From: Promethearchaeum syntrophicum
GTDB taxonomy: Archaea > Asgardarchaeota > Lokiarchaeia > Sigyniarchaeales > Promethearchaeaceae
Reading direction: 5' to 3'
Assembly: GCF_008000775.2 (NCBI RefSeq)
Contig: NZ_CP042905.2
Location: 1,890,001 to 1,922,000, forward strand
Length of the DNA stretch: 32,000 bases
Shown: one piece after another, positions 1 through 9,203 of the stretch
Position numbering within the stretch: the stretch's first letter is position 1
Layout of the letters: each line of letters begins with the position of its first letter
Program-made: the position numbers and the translations under genes
Notes under the pieces: generated by a model
Told to the model about the DNA's origin: nothing
Database searches by the model: none
Seen by the model: only the letters and a program-made list of their open reading frames with translations

Positions 1-427
1 CTGATTTATTAAAAGTAACTGGTACACCATTTCTTTTATAAAAACTCGCAATTTTAGAGAATACATATTGTTTTGAGGCATTCCAACTCACTGTTTTAGG
101 AATTACCTTATCATTAATGGTGTTTTTGTCGTTTTCACCCACTAAATAATAAAAAAATCCAAACATTTGTTTTTTAGTAATATCCGTTCGATTTATCGGC
201 TCTGTTATTAAATCTGCATGGTGTTCGTTTATAAGAATTTCAGGTGTTTTCTCAAGAAAATCGCAATATTTCTTAAATACACCTACTCGTAATCGCTGAT
301 CTTTTACTCCATCTAACCATTTGATGATATATTTATCTTTCATATATTTTTCAAGATCGATTCGTTTCTTGACAAAATTTTCATGAGCAATTTTTTTATC
401 TTGTGCAGTTTCGTATTTTTTCCCCAT
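1..427 (-). CDS. Partial CDS running off the left edge: N-terminal (SAM-like/core-binding) part of a probable tyrosine recombinase/integrase
   Basis: Not in the ORF track because it is truncated. My translation from ATG 427..425 gives 142 open codons to the window edge: MGKKYETAQDKKIAHENFVKKRIDLEKYMKDKYIIKWLDGVKDQRLRVGVFKKYCDFLEKTPEILINEHHADLITEPINRTDITKKQMFGFFYYLVGENDKNTINDKVIPKTVSWNASKQYVFSKIASFYKRNGVPVTFNKS. The helical layout (WL..., Y..FL..., F.YL..., S.N....S.I.SFY..NG) resembles phage-integrase N-terminal domains. The catalytic domain would lie outside the window. Confidence 0.4.
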   Translation of the reverse strand, partial: MGKKYETAQDKKIAHENFVKKRIDLEKYMKDKYIIKWLDGVKDQRLRVGVFKKYCDFLEKTPEILINEHHADLITEPINRTDITKKQMFGFFYYLVGENDKNTINDKVIPKTVSWNASKQYVFSKIASFYKRNGVPVTFNKS

Positions 428-487
428 AATTATACTATAAAATTGTAAGTTTATAAAATTTACGGGAATTTAAGGCTTTTCTATAAT

Positions 488-511
488 AACATTTTGCTTT
501 AACAAAATGTT
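488..511. promoter_or_regulatory. Perfect 9-bp inverted repeat AACATTTTG-N6-CAAAATGTT in the divergent spacer between the integrase-like ORF and the PfkB kinase
   Basis: Read directly from the sequence (aacattttg ctttaa caaaatgtt). It could be an operator or a hairpin; function unknown. Confidence 0.3.
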
Positions 512-592
512 GAAATTATTATAATATTCATTCCAGTTAATCCGAAAAATTTTTAGTTAGACAATTAAATGATCTATCTATTGGGGAATTAG

Positions 593-1633
593 ATGGCACT
601 GAAAAAAATCGTATGTATAGGTGATGTTTTTTTAGATATAATTCCGTCCGTCTTTCCGATTGTAAAAGATGAAATTCTATCAGATGGAGAAACTTTTGTA
701 GATTCCGTCACTTTTCAAAAAGGAGGATGTGGGGGCAATTTTTCTTGCGTTTTGAAGTCCGTTATGCCTATGGCTGAAGTTTCTTTAGTGTCGCGTGTTG
801 GGAAACTACCCTATAGTGATTTTTTAATCTCAGAAATTAAAAAATTTGGAGTTATCCCAATTTTTCAAATCGATTATGAGGAAAGAACCCAAGTGTCAAT
901 AGGAGTCTCATATATTGATGGACAAAGACATTTTCTTACATTTTTAGGAGGTTTGAAGAATTTTACAATAAATGATATTCCAGAAGAAATCTTTACAGAT
1001 TTACATCATCTAGCTTTTCGCGGAATATGGTTTGCTGAAAAATTACTACTAAAATCTGAGCTTTTCATAAAAAAAGCAAACACATTGGGTGTTGACATAT
1101 CCATAGACTTAGGATTTGACCCTTATTGGAATTTCCACAAACAAGAGTTTTCATCCCAACAAAATATGGAAAAAAGACGTTTAGCTGTCATTGAAACGTT
1201 GAAATATGTAAAATTTATATTTGGAAATGAAATTGAATTCATGCAATTAACCAATACTAAATCATTAGAAGAAGCCATTAATGAAATTATTAATAGAGGG
1301 GTTAAAAACATCATTGTACATCGCGGAAATAAAGGGTGTCGGATAATTCAAACTTCAAGAATGAATCCAACCAAAGCTGAGTTTTCAGTAGATATTCCCG
1401 CATTAGATGTAGAAGTTAAAAATCCAATAGGATCTGGTGATACTTTCGATAGCATATTTTTAACTGAAGTAATGGAAGGAAAAACCTTGATTCAAGCAGC
1501 AGCCATAGCAACTGCAGGAGCTGCCTATTCTTTGTCAAACCCCGCGGGAACAATTATCACGATAGATAAAATTAGGAAATTTAGCTCACAATTTCCAGTA
1601 TTAACCCCATTTCTTAACTACTTCAAAATCTAG
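593..1633 (+). CDS. PfkB/ribokinase-family carbohydrate kinase
   Basis: N-terminal KIVCIGDVFLDIIP plus GGCGGN, and the C-terminal PfkB signature NPIGSGDTFDSIFL (DTxGAGD-like). Length of 346 aa is typical for the family. Confidence 0.8.
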   Translation: MALKKIVCIGDVFLDIIPSVFPIVKDEILSDGETFVDSVTFQKGGCGGNFSCVLKSVMPMAEVSLVSRVGKLPYSDFLISEIKKFGVIPIFQIDYEERTQVSIGVSYIDGQRHFLTFLGGLKNFTINDIPEEIFTDLHHLAFRGIWFAEKLLLKSELFIKKANTLGVDISIDLGFDPYWNFHKQEFSSQQNMEKRRLAVIETLKYVKFIFGNEIEFMQLTNTKSLEEAINEIINRGVKNIIVHRGNKGCRIIQTSRMNPTKAEFSVDIPALDVEVKNPIGSGDTFDSIFLTEVMEGKTLIQAAAIATAGAAYSLSNPAGTIITIDKIRKFSSQFPVLTPFLNYFKI

Positions 1634-1763
1634 TCGTTTGCTCTCTTGAGAAATTGTTCTTTTTGTTTTAAATCTTGCTTTTTCAATAAATCAACCCTAA
1701 AAATGGTTATATATTCTAATCTTTTCTAAAGCTTTTTAAACCGAACGAGAAATTGTTTTAATA

Positions 1764-2903
1764 ATGGTAATAATGGAATCCGAAAACAGAATTCTTGATT
1801 GTCATATACACTACGCTTTACCCGTTAATCCACAAGAATTATTTGGCATTTTGGAATATACTAAAACAGACATGGCCAATTTGGTGATCGTTCCCGACGC
1901 TCAACGTATTTCATCCGTTCCCGATGCTTTAATGGTGAAATATCTAAATCCAATGAAGATTTTTGTGTTTGGAAGCCTTGACGTTTCACAATATTTTATC
2001 CACAACAAATCTATTGGTAGACATTTTGTCAAATATGTGAAAAGAATGCTGCTTTGCGGGTGTGACGGAATCAAAATGATTGAAGGAAAACCGGATTTAA
2101 GACGAACAGTACCAATACCTGATTTTGATTTACCTGCATGGGAACCATTTTGGAGTTTTGCAGAGGAAATTGGTTTGCCAATTATATGGCACGTCAATGA
2201 TCCAGAAGAATTTTGGGATGAGTTCAAAATTCCTTCATGGGCGAAAAGTCAAGGGTGGTACTATGGGGAAGAAACAATCAATAACGAAGTGCAATATACT
2301 CAAGTTTTCACGGTATTGAAGAGACATCCAAATCTAAAAATCATATTCGCTCATTTTTTCTTTATGTCTGCACAATTGGATCGTTTATCCAAAATTTTTG
2401 ATAATTTTCCTAATGTTTGTGTTGATTTGACGCCAGGGATCGAAATGTATGTGAACTTATCAAGAAATCAAGAAGCTGCTATCCGATTTTTTGAAAAATA
2501 TCAAACGCGTATCCTTTACGGAACTGATATAGGGGCCAGATGTGTGATAGCACATGAATCTGAATTAAACAAAGCAGAAAGTATAAATCGTTCTAATTTA
2601 GTTCGAACTTTTTTAACAAAACCAGGCCATATCACAGTGAAATCCGATGGTGATTTTTTGATTGGGATGGAAGATTTTGATTTATATGGTCTCAATTTAA
2701 AACGGGAAATAACCCAAAAAATATTTTGTGGCAACTTTTTACGTATTGTGGGAGAAAAACCAAACGTTGTCAATCCAAAAAGGGTTATCAAAGAATGTAA
2801 AAAAATCAAATCCATGATTAGAATCATGTCACTAATTAAAAGAATTCCGGTTGCTGACTATTCTTACGCTAATCAGGTAATCGATTTTTTCAAACAGAAA
2901 TAA
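1764..2903 (+). CDS. Metal-dependent amidohydrolase-superfamily (TIM-barrel) hydrolase
   Basis: N-terminal LDCHIHY (HxH metal motif), internal IIWHVNDP and IIFAHF histidines, and late ILYGTDIG aspartate. This pattern matches amidohydrolase_2-type enzymes. Substrate unknown. Confidence 0.6.
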   Translation: MVIMESENRILDCHIHYALPVNPQELFGILEYTKTDMANLVIVPDAQRISSVPDALMVKYLNPMKIFVFGSLDVSQYFIHNKSIGRHFVKYVKRMLLCGCDGIKMIEGKPDLRRTVPIPDFDLPAWEPFWSFAEEIGLPIIWHVNDPEEFWDEFKIPSWAKSQGWYYGEETINNEVQYTQVFTVLKRHPNLKIIFAHFFFMSAQLDRLSKIFDNFPNVCVDLTPGIEMYVNLSRNQEAAIRFFEKYQTRILYGTDIGARCVIAHESELNKAESINRSNLVRTFLTKPGHITVKSDGDFLIGMEDFDLYGLNLKREITQKIFCGNFLRIVGEKPNVVNPKRVIKECKKIKSMIRIMSLIKRIPVADYSYANQVIDFFKQK

Positions 2904-2942
2904 ATTTTTTAATAAATTTAAAAGTGGAGAGCAAAAAGAAAA

Positions 2943-4355
2943 ATGAAGAAATTAACGAAAAAACAACTTCCATTGTATGCTTTTGCAGGTTTTGGACCAA
3001 GTTTTCTGGGACTTATACTCGGTTCTTATTTGATTAATGCCTTAGATACTAGTGGATTTGATATTGGAGTGGAGAACTGGACTTATGCGAATAAAATATT
3101 GGTTGTCACAACCGTATTCAGTGTAATGGTTTTCATTGCTAAAATGTTAGATGGAATTACAGATGTTCCCTTCGCTGCGTTGACCGACTCCCTAAAGACA
3201 AAATGGGGGAAAAGAAGACCTGCGATATTAATAGGTTTCGTTCCTATGGTTCTTTCCTACGTTCTGTTCCTGTTTCCGCCTTCGAGTGATGAATTTAGTA
3301 TGCTGAATACCATTTACCTTGGAATATTGCTAATGGTTTATTTTTCTGCATACACCTTGACCTTTGTTACATATTATGGTACATATTCCGAAATAACTGA
3401 ATCATCAGAAGATAGGATTAGTTTATCGAACTGGAAAGCCTTTTTTGATACGATTCATTACAGCATCGGCTATGCAGTTATTCCTCTTATCGTTGGGGCA
3501 GAAATCAATATTAAAATCATCGGTTTGGGCGTACTCCCACTGATGCTTACAATGTTAATCGCTATCGTTATGATCAAGGAGAAATCAACCTTACCCAAAG
3601 ATGTTGCTGAAGCAAAACAAGAAACTGAAAGGTCTTCAGATTCACCTCCGGAAGAAGAAGATGTCGGTTTTATGGAAAGTGTTAAACTCACCGCCAAGAA
3701 TAAAGGATTTATGATTTGGCTTTCGGTGATGGCAGCCTTCTTTTTTGGACTTCAACTATTTTTAGCGGGACAAAGTGTGCTTGCATCGGGAGCCATGGGA
3801 TTCGAGGGATGGCAAATTGCAATTCTAAATACTTCTGCTTTTGCTCCAGTTCCTATAACACTACTTATTTATAGGAAAATAATGAAAAAGAGAGGCTTCC
3901 GTTTCGCTTTCCAAACAGCTCTCTTTGCCTTTGCATTAGCCATGATTTCGTTCGTTATTGCATATGTTGAATGGATTCCAAGTGTATGGGTGCGTTTGAT
4001 TATCGGAATCACTGGTGGAACAATCGGCAGCTATGGTATCGGTGCGTTTTTCTCTGCTCCATATACTATACCTTCACAGATGGCCGCAGAAGAATTAGCA
4101 GCTACAGGGAAAAGCCACCCTTCAATGTATTTTGCGATGCAAGGATTATTTAATGCAATTGTTGCTGCAATCAGCACCAGTCTCGTCTGGTTGAACATTC
4201 GCGATGAGACCCGCCCAGGGGAGGAGTTCTTTGGGGTACATCTCATGCCTTACATAGTTGCAGGTTCTTGTCTTGTTGCGATTATATTGGCTTTCTTTTT
4301 GCCAAAATCCTTCAGTCAACTAGGTCGAGCTGAAAAGGAGAAGTTTAGTGAATAG
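2943..4355 (+). CDS. GPH-family (glycoside-pentoside-hexuronide:cation symporter, MelB/YicJ-like) transporter
   Basis: About 12 hydrophobic segments with a central charged loop. The GPH signature after TM2 is present: LDGITDVPFAALTDSLKTKWGKRRP (DxxxDPxxGxxxD+xxxxxG+RRP-like). Confidence 0.7.
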   Translation: MKKLTKKQLPLYAFAGFGPSFLGLILGSYLINALDTSGFDIGVENWTYANKILVVTTVFSVMVFIAKMLDGITDVPFAALTDSLKTKWGKRRPAILIGFVPMVLSYVLFLFPPSSDEFSMLNTIYLGILLMVYFSAYTLTFVTYYGTYSEITESSEDRISLSNWKAFFDTIHYSIGYAVIPLIVGAEINIKIIGLGVLPLMLTMLIAIVMIKEKSTLPKDVAEAKQETERSSDSPPEEEDVGFMESVKLTAKNKGFMIWLSVMAAFFFGLQLFLAGQSVLASGAMGFEGWQIAILNTSAFAPVPITLLIYRKIMKKRGFRFAFQTALFAFALAMISFVIAYVEWIPSVWVRLIIGITGGTIGSYGIGAFFSAPYTIPSQMAAEELAATGKSHPSMYFAMQGLFNAIVAAISTSLVWLNIRDETRPGEEFFGVHLMPYIVAGSCLVAIILAFFLPKSFSQLGRAEKEKFSE

Positions 4356-4402
4356 TGGGCTGTTTATCCTTTAGATTATAAAAGAGTAGAGAGTAAAAGC
4401 TC

Positions 4403-4418
4403 TTTTTTTTAATTTTTT
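4403..4418 (+). terminator. Oligo-T tracts (T8 aa T6) about 50 nt after the transporter stop; archaeal-type terminator candidate
   Basis: Sequence reads tcttttttttaattttttcc. Archaeal RNAP terminates at oligo-T runs (established knowledge). No experimental support. Confidence 0.3.
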
Positions 4419-4476
4419 CCTATATGATTTCGAAGAAAAAAAGTTTTTGACAAATAATTTCTATTTAAAATCATCA

Positions 4477-5598
4477 ATGAATTTATTTTTCGAAGAAATT
4501 TCTTCTCAAGGAATGGCATTAAAGCGGACTCTGGATTATATAAAAGATAAATTTGAAAATCTTTTTGGACAAATTAAAATTTTAATCAAAGATAGGAAAA
4601 TTTCAAAGTTGATTTTTACGGGAATGGGGTCGAGCTTTTTCTGCAATTATGTTCCTCTTTACATGTTAAAACAAGTGGGTTTTGATGTTGAAATGATAGA
4701 TGCAGGAGAATTTCTATTTCATGGGGTCCCAGAGAATAATGAGCTCGCTTTTGAAACCACCTGTATCATTTTAGTATCTCAATCTGGCGAATCTGGCGAA
4801 ATAGTGGAATTACTTCAAAAATTAAATATGTTACGGTCAAAACCTATGACTATTGGTATTACAAATACCCCCAAAAGTTATTTAGCTAACCATTCTACTA
4901 TGCAACTCTATCTAAACGCAGGGAAAGAAGAAACGGTTACATCAAAAACCTACGTTTGTTCCATTTTAATCCTTTATTTCTTAGCAAAATCAATTATAAC
5001 ACAAAATATTTCCATGGTTAGTGAAATTAAGGAAATTGAACAAATAATTGATTTTGTATCCAAATTATTTCAATTTGATCAATCTTTAGAGAGAATTATG
5101 CAAACACTTCAAAATGTTAATAAAAACTTCGGATCGGATTACAAATTTGTTCAAATATTAGCTAGAGGGCCATCATTATCAACAGCACATCAAGCTGCTT
5201 TAAATTTCAAAGAAATTGTAAAAATTAACTCTGAAGCATCATCAATTTCCACCTTTAGACACGGTGGAATTGAAAGTTTGACCGAATTGTCTAAAATAAT
5301 TATATTATCATCATCCGACAAAGATCATATTTTAGATAATCGTTTCATTAGAAATTTTATCGAAAAATGGAGTTTTGGAACCCTATTCTACATCACATCT
5401 CAAAAATTTAAATCAATCGATGAAGAAATTCGTACAAATCCCAAAATCTTTATTATCTCATATGATTTTAAAAATCATTTCTTAGCTCCAATTGTTGAAA
5501 TTATCATTTTACAGCTCATGATTTATAATACAGCATTAAAAAGAGAAATAACCCCCGGTCTATTTAGATTTACTCAGAAAATAACTCGAGGATTATAA
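4477..5598 (+). CDS. Double-SIS-domain sugar-phosphate isomerase/deglycase (GlmS-isomerase / AgaS / FrlB-like)
   Basis: MNLFFEEISSQGMALKRTL resembles the EIxEQPxAL N-terminus. SIS motifs FTGMGSSFF and ILVSQSGESGEIVELL are present, with a second SIS-like half (ILARGPSLSTAHQAALNFKE). The ORF track starts at TTG 4447; I prefer ATG 4477. Confidence 0.75.
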   Translation: MNLFFEEISSQGMALKRTLDYIKDKFENLFGQIKILIKDRKISKLIFTGMGSSFFCNYVPLYMLKQVGFDVEMIDAGEFLFHGVPENNELAFETTCIILVSQSGESGEIVELLQKLNMLRSKPMTIGITNTPKSYLANHSTMQLYLNAGKEETVTSKTYVCSILILYFLAKSIITQNISMVSEIKEIEQIIDFVSKLFQFDQSLERIMQTLQNVNKNFGSDYKFVQILARGPSLSTAHQAALNFKEIVKINSEASSISTFRHGGIESLTELSKIIILSSSDKDHILDNRFIRNFIEKWSFGTLFYITSQKFKSIDEEIRTNPKIFIISYDFKNHFLAPIVEIIILQLMIYNTALKREITPGLFRFTQKITRGL

Positions 5599-5619
5599 CT
5601 TCTCAGAGTATAAGTAAAA

Positions 5620-5630
5620 TTTTTTTTTTT
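5620..5630 (+). terminator. T11 tract 22 nt after the SIS gene stop; terminator candidate
   Basis: Sequence reads taaaattttttttttgac, seen directly. Confidence 0.3.
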
Positions 5631-5855
5631 GACTTTCAATCTTACACAAATAACCTTTTAGAATAATATTTTTGGAAAACTAAAAAATCACAAGCAAAAA
5701 TGAATTCAGAAAGAAAAGAATTAAATATTCCAAATCGATAAAATGTCTTAGTCGTCTGTGAAATTAAGGTAAGGGCATTTATTTTCCATAACATCGTTAA
5801 ATAAGCAGAATAATGGGGAGGCAGAAAAATTAGAGAAATTATTTTTAAAACGATA

Positions 5856-6521
5856 TTGGAACTTCTAGAGTTATCTGCATTTGAATTAGAATTTCAAAAC
5901 AGAGCTAAATTAAATTTATTCAGTGAAAAATGGAAAAATTGCACATTAACAAAATCAAGACAGAAAAAATTGAGGAATTACCTCTATAACCACATTAAAA
6001 TTATCCTTTTCTCCGAAAATAGTAAGGATTTTTATGAAATTACCTTGAAACCATTTATTCATCATGAACATTATTCAATCATGGATAGTTTTAAAACTTC
6101 AAAGGATTCTAGGGAAAAAAATCTACTCTATAGAATGATTTATTTCAAGCATAATCTTGAAGACTTATTTATTTTGCTTACTAATGTAATTGCATGGGAA
6201 CACCAGAATTATCCTGCATTATTGGAAAACGCTTTATTAAGTAAATATAATGAAGAATATGAAGAAGGAATTCAAAAAAATGATGATTTACTTCTCTACT
6301 ATGTCCGATTTCTCGATGTGTTATCTTCAGAGGAGATTATTTCATTATTTGATTTAGATTCTTTAAGATTTACAATCAAAAGGGATTTTGGAAGTATTGG
6401 AATTAAACCTTTAGAATCTCTATTTCTATTTTCCGATTGGCCTGTATATAATTCTCAGACTTTTTTTACTCGCTTCCCTACTTTTCGAGAAAATTTATCA
6501 AAAAAAATTGCAATGCAATAA
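5856..6521 (+). CDS. Hypothetical protein (221 aa, predicted helical, no motif recognised)
   Basis: Long ORF in a coding-dense region. The TTG start is uncertain: the frame is open from 5814. Confidence 0.4.
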   Translation: MELLELSAFELEFQNRAKLNLFSEKWKNCTLTKSRQKKLRNYLYNHIKIILFSENSKDFYEITLKPFIHHEHYSIMDSFKTSKDSREKNLLYRMIYFKHNLEDLFILLTNVIAWEHQNYPALLENALLSKYNEEYEEGIQKNDDLLLYYVRFLDVLSSEEIISLFDLDSLRFTIKRDFGSIGIKPLESLFLFSDWPVYNSQTFFTRFPTFRENLSKKIAMQ

Positions 6522-6606
6522 ATCGAAGATTGATGCAATCAAAAAAATTGCTAACTAGAATATATTTTTATATTAATATCTTCATAAATTTATTAGGGAA
6601 TAGATT

Positions 6607-6855
6607 ATGTTAGGTAAGCAAACTCAGAAGATGATTTTTCCATATAAAACCGCTTATGATGAGCAGTGGGATGAAACTTGGGCGGCAGATTGGAAGAAAA
6701 TATCCGAGATATTCGATCTTATTGATGAATTGGAATCTACTTTCAATACATTAGAGGTTTCTGTCTTAAGAGAATTATCCCAAAAAAAATTAATAATTGA
6801 TCTTCAGAAATATGCCTATTCATTAAGTGTGTGGATTCAAAATAAATATAAATAA
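6607..6855 (+). CDS. Hypothetical small acidic/Trp-rich protein (82 aa)
   Basis: ORF with AGGGA 10 nt upstream of the ATG. No recognisable domain. Confidence 0.35.
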   Translation: MLGKQTQKMIFPYKTAYDEQWDETWAADWKKISEIFDLIDELESTFNTLEVSVLRELSQKKLIIDLQKYAYSLSVWIQNKYK

Positions 6856-6938
6856 ATTAAATCACTGGTTTTTATTTTAATCCTTTTTTGATCTCTTCTA
6901 CTTTTTTCGATCGAATTTATTAAAATTATTATCTTATT

Positions 6939-7775
6939 ATGTTCTTTTTTCCAAATATTTTAAGCAAGAAAAAACAATGTGAGTTTATGAGTGTACCTCC
7001 CGAATTACAAGATACTTTCATAGGTTTAATATATGAAAGTGGAATAATATTTTTGTTTTTAATACTACTTGTATTAATTATAATTCATTATAATAAGAAG
7101 AAAACATTGAACACTTTTCTTCTACTTGCCTCATTTACCTTTATGTTTTTGGCGATTGTTTTTTCCTGGTTATCTAAATTTCTGCTAATTCGGGAAATTG
7201 TCCCTGAATTTGTTGATATGGATCCTAATATGCCGATTTTTTGGATTTCTGCTTTAATTGTGCAATTTCGTATTAGTTTTGTGGTGATAGTTATTGCATC
7301 CGATATAACACATATTCTGAAGGTAAAAATATTTGATGATACACCTAATAAGGTAGAAAGATGGATATTAATAATTCTTTCATTATTTACAATCATTTTT
7401 GCAGTAACTGCAATGGAGCAAGGAAATGTTTTATTAGATGTTCTTGCCTTTTTATTTGTTTTAATAATTATGTGTTATGTCTATATTCCTTTTGTTGCTG
7501 CTTCTTTGAAAATGTATCGTATAATGAAAGAACCACATTATAAAAGAGCATCATTATCATTAGCAATTTTGGGTCTTTCTTTCATTATGGTGTTTATTGG
7601 ATTTTTAGCTGATAGATTAATGATATTGCTTACAGATAGCCTCGGTTATACTCCTTTCTATTTTGCCGCCTGGGGATTTGTTATTGTTGGAACTTTTGCA
7701 GCATATATGGGGTATATAAGGACATCCCGGCAAAAATCTCTAAAAGAAGAGAAACAAATCGAGCAAAAAGAGTAA
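6939..7775 (+). CDS. Seven-transmembrane-segment membrane protein, unknown function
   Basis: I count 7 hydrophobic segments of about 20-25 aa, followed by a charged C-terminal tail (RTSRQKSLKEEKQIEQKE). Confidence 0.5.
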   Translation: MFFFPNILSKKKQCEFMSVPPELQDTFIGLIYESGIIFLFLILLVLIIIHYNKKKTLNTFLLLASFTFMFLAIVFSWLSKFLLIREIVPEFVDMDPNMPIFWISALIVQFRISFVVIVIASDITHILKVKIFDDTPNKVERWILIILSLFTIIFAVTAMEQGNVLLDVLAFLFVLIIMCYVYIPFVAASLKMYRIMKEPHYKRASLSLAILGLSFIMVFIGFLADRLMILLTDSLGYTPFYFAAWGFVIVGTFAAYMGYIRTSRQKSLKEEKQIEQKE

Positions 7776-7792
7776 TCTCAACTCTTATTTTT

Positions 7793-9109
7793 TCATTTAT
7801 CTTTTAAAATTTTTGTAAGATCTGATCGTTCTGAAGGTTTTTTTCTAAATTTTGACCCGATTTTGACCATTATCCATTCAAAACTAAATTTATATTTGTG
7901 TTTTTCCCATTTTTTTAAAATTATCAACCACGATCCGAATACTATGATTAAAAATAGCAAATTCAAACCAAAATTCGTCATTACTACATCCTTTTCTCCC
8001 GAAAAACTTCCAAAAGCTGTATGGAAAATGAATGACCATAATGTGCACCAGAATGGCTCTAACATAAATAAAGTTAGTGAAAGAATTCCGAATCTTCTAA
8101 TTAATATTGTTTTTTCTGCAATTTTTGCGTGTTTCTCATCCGAGCAATAGTCTATTTTTTCAAAAAACCATGGAAACCAAAGCATCATTATACCCAAATT
8201 TAAAAGATATAAATCAGGGGGAATCATTTTATATTTAAAGAAAAATGACATCAAATTACCTTCAACGGTAAAAATATGATATATAGCAAGTATTATACTT
8301 ATAATTATTAACGAAAATCCTACTTTTTTAGCGAAATTTTTTATTTCTTGAATGCTCTTCTGTTCTGCTAAATAAATCCCTAAAATTATCCCAAAAGCAA
8401 CATATCCGCCATACGGCAATAAGCAATGCATAGTCCCTGAAATAAAGGAAAGAAAAAGAGCAGGGATGTAATACAAACCCCCTTTATTTAAGAAGGAAAT
8501 AAAAATCGGATAAAGTAAATTCCATAATGGTTGCGAAACTGCTAGTATTATTGCTCCGAATTCAAGTATAATTTTAATACTACGCTTTGTGTTTTGGAAA
8601 CCTTGCTTTCTCCAAATTATCCAAAGAAGGAGACAGGTAAGATATCCACTTGCTGAAATCATCGCTAAAGCATCAGCTCTAAAGAATAATTCTATCGGGG
8701 GGAGACTAATTTGCTGTAACTCAATCGAACCAGTTATAAGTGAATGGTTAAATCCATTTCCAGTTAAAGATTCTGATACTCTATTAAATAATCCTAAGAA
8801 TATGAAATGTATAATTAAAACTAGAGTAGAATTTATGAAACATCCTTGTAATGCTACACCAATATCTTCCTTTTTTTTCATTCTGAGGTAAATTTGATAT
8901 GAATTTACAAGCCCTGTTATAAGTGCAAATATCCCTGCCCAAGTTCCGAAGATAAGAAGAGGCGCGAATATAACTAAAGGCGATTTGGGTAATAATGTTC
9001 GGGCGTTTTCTTCATTTAGCATTATTCCATAAGTAATAGCATGGTTTACTATAACCCCAATTATGGCTAAACCTCGAATAAAATCCAAAGATAAAATCCT
9101 TTTACCCAT
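7793..9109 (-). CDS. Polytopic membrane protein, DUF1624 / heparan-alpha-glucosaminide N-acetyltransferase-like (acyltransferase-3-like)
   Basis: The N-terminus RILSLDFIRGLAIIGVIVNH matches the R..lD..RG.a...m...H opening of that family. It has 10 or more hydrophobic segments. Confidence 0.5.
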   Translation of the reverse strand: MGKRILSLDFIRGLAIIGVIVNHAITYGIMLNEENARTLLPKSPLVIFAPLLIFGTWAGIFALITGLVNSYQIYLRMKKKEDIGVALQGCFINSTLVLIIHFIFLGLFNRVSESLTGNGFNHSLITGSIELQQISLPPIELFFRADALAMISASGYLTCLLLWIIWRKQGFQNTKRSIKIILEFGAIILAVSQPLWNLLYPIFISFLNKGGLYYIPALFLSFISGTMHCLLPYGGYVAFGIILGIYLAEQKSIQEIKNFAKKVGFSLIIISIILAIYHIFTVEGNLMSFFFKYKMIPPDLYLLNLGIMMLWFPWFFEKIDYCSDEKHAKIAEKTILIRRFGILSLTLFMLEPFWCTLWSFIFHTAFGSFSGEKDVVMTNFGLNLLFLIIVFGSWLIILKKWEKHKYKFSFEWIMVKIGSKFRKKPSERSDLTKILKDK

Positions 9110-9203
9110 TACTACTCAAATAATATTCCGTAATCAAAATTATTAAAATCAATAAGTAGATCACTAAGTAGATTGATAATAAATTATAAAAAAAAAAAGT
9201 GTT

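Noticed and set aside
5814-5855. Possible upstream extension of the 5856 ORF starting at ATT 5829, 7 nt after GGAGG (5817..5821)
   Set aside because: The geometry is suggestive, but this rests on a single non-canonical codon in an orphan gene with no conserved domain to anchor the N-terminus. I kept the TTG start and flagged the uncertainty.
6939-7775. 7-TM protein as a microbial rhodopsin
   Set aside because: There is no Lys in the seventh helix for a retinal Schiff base, and no DTD/NTQ-type helix-3 motif was recognised.
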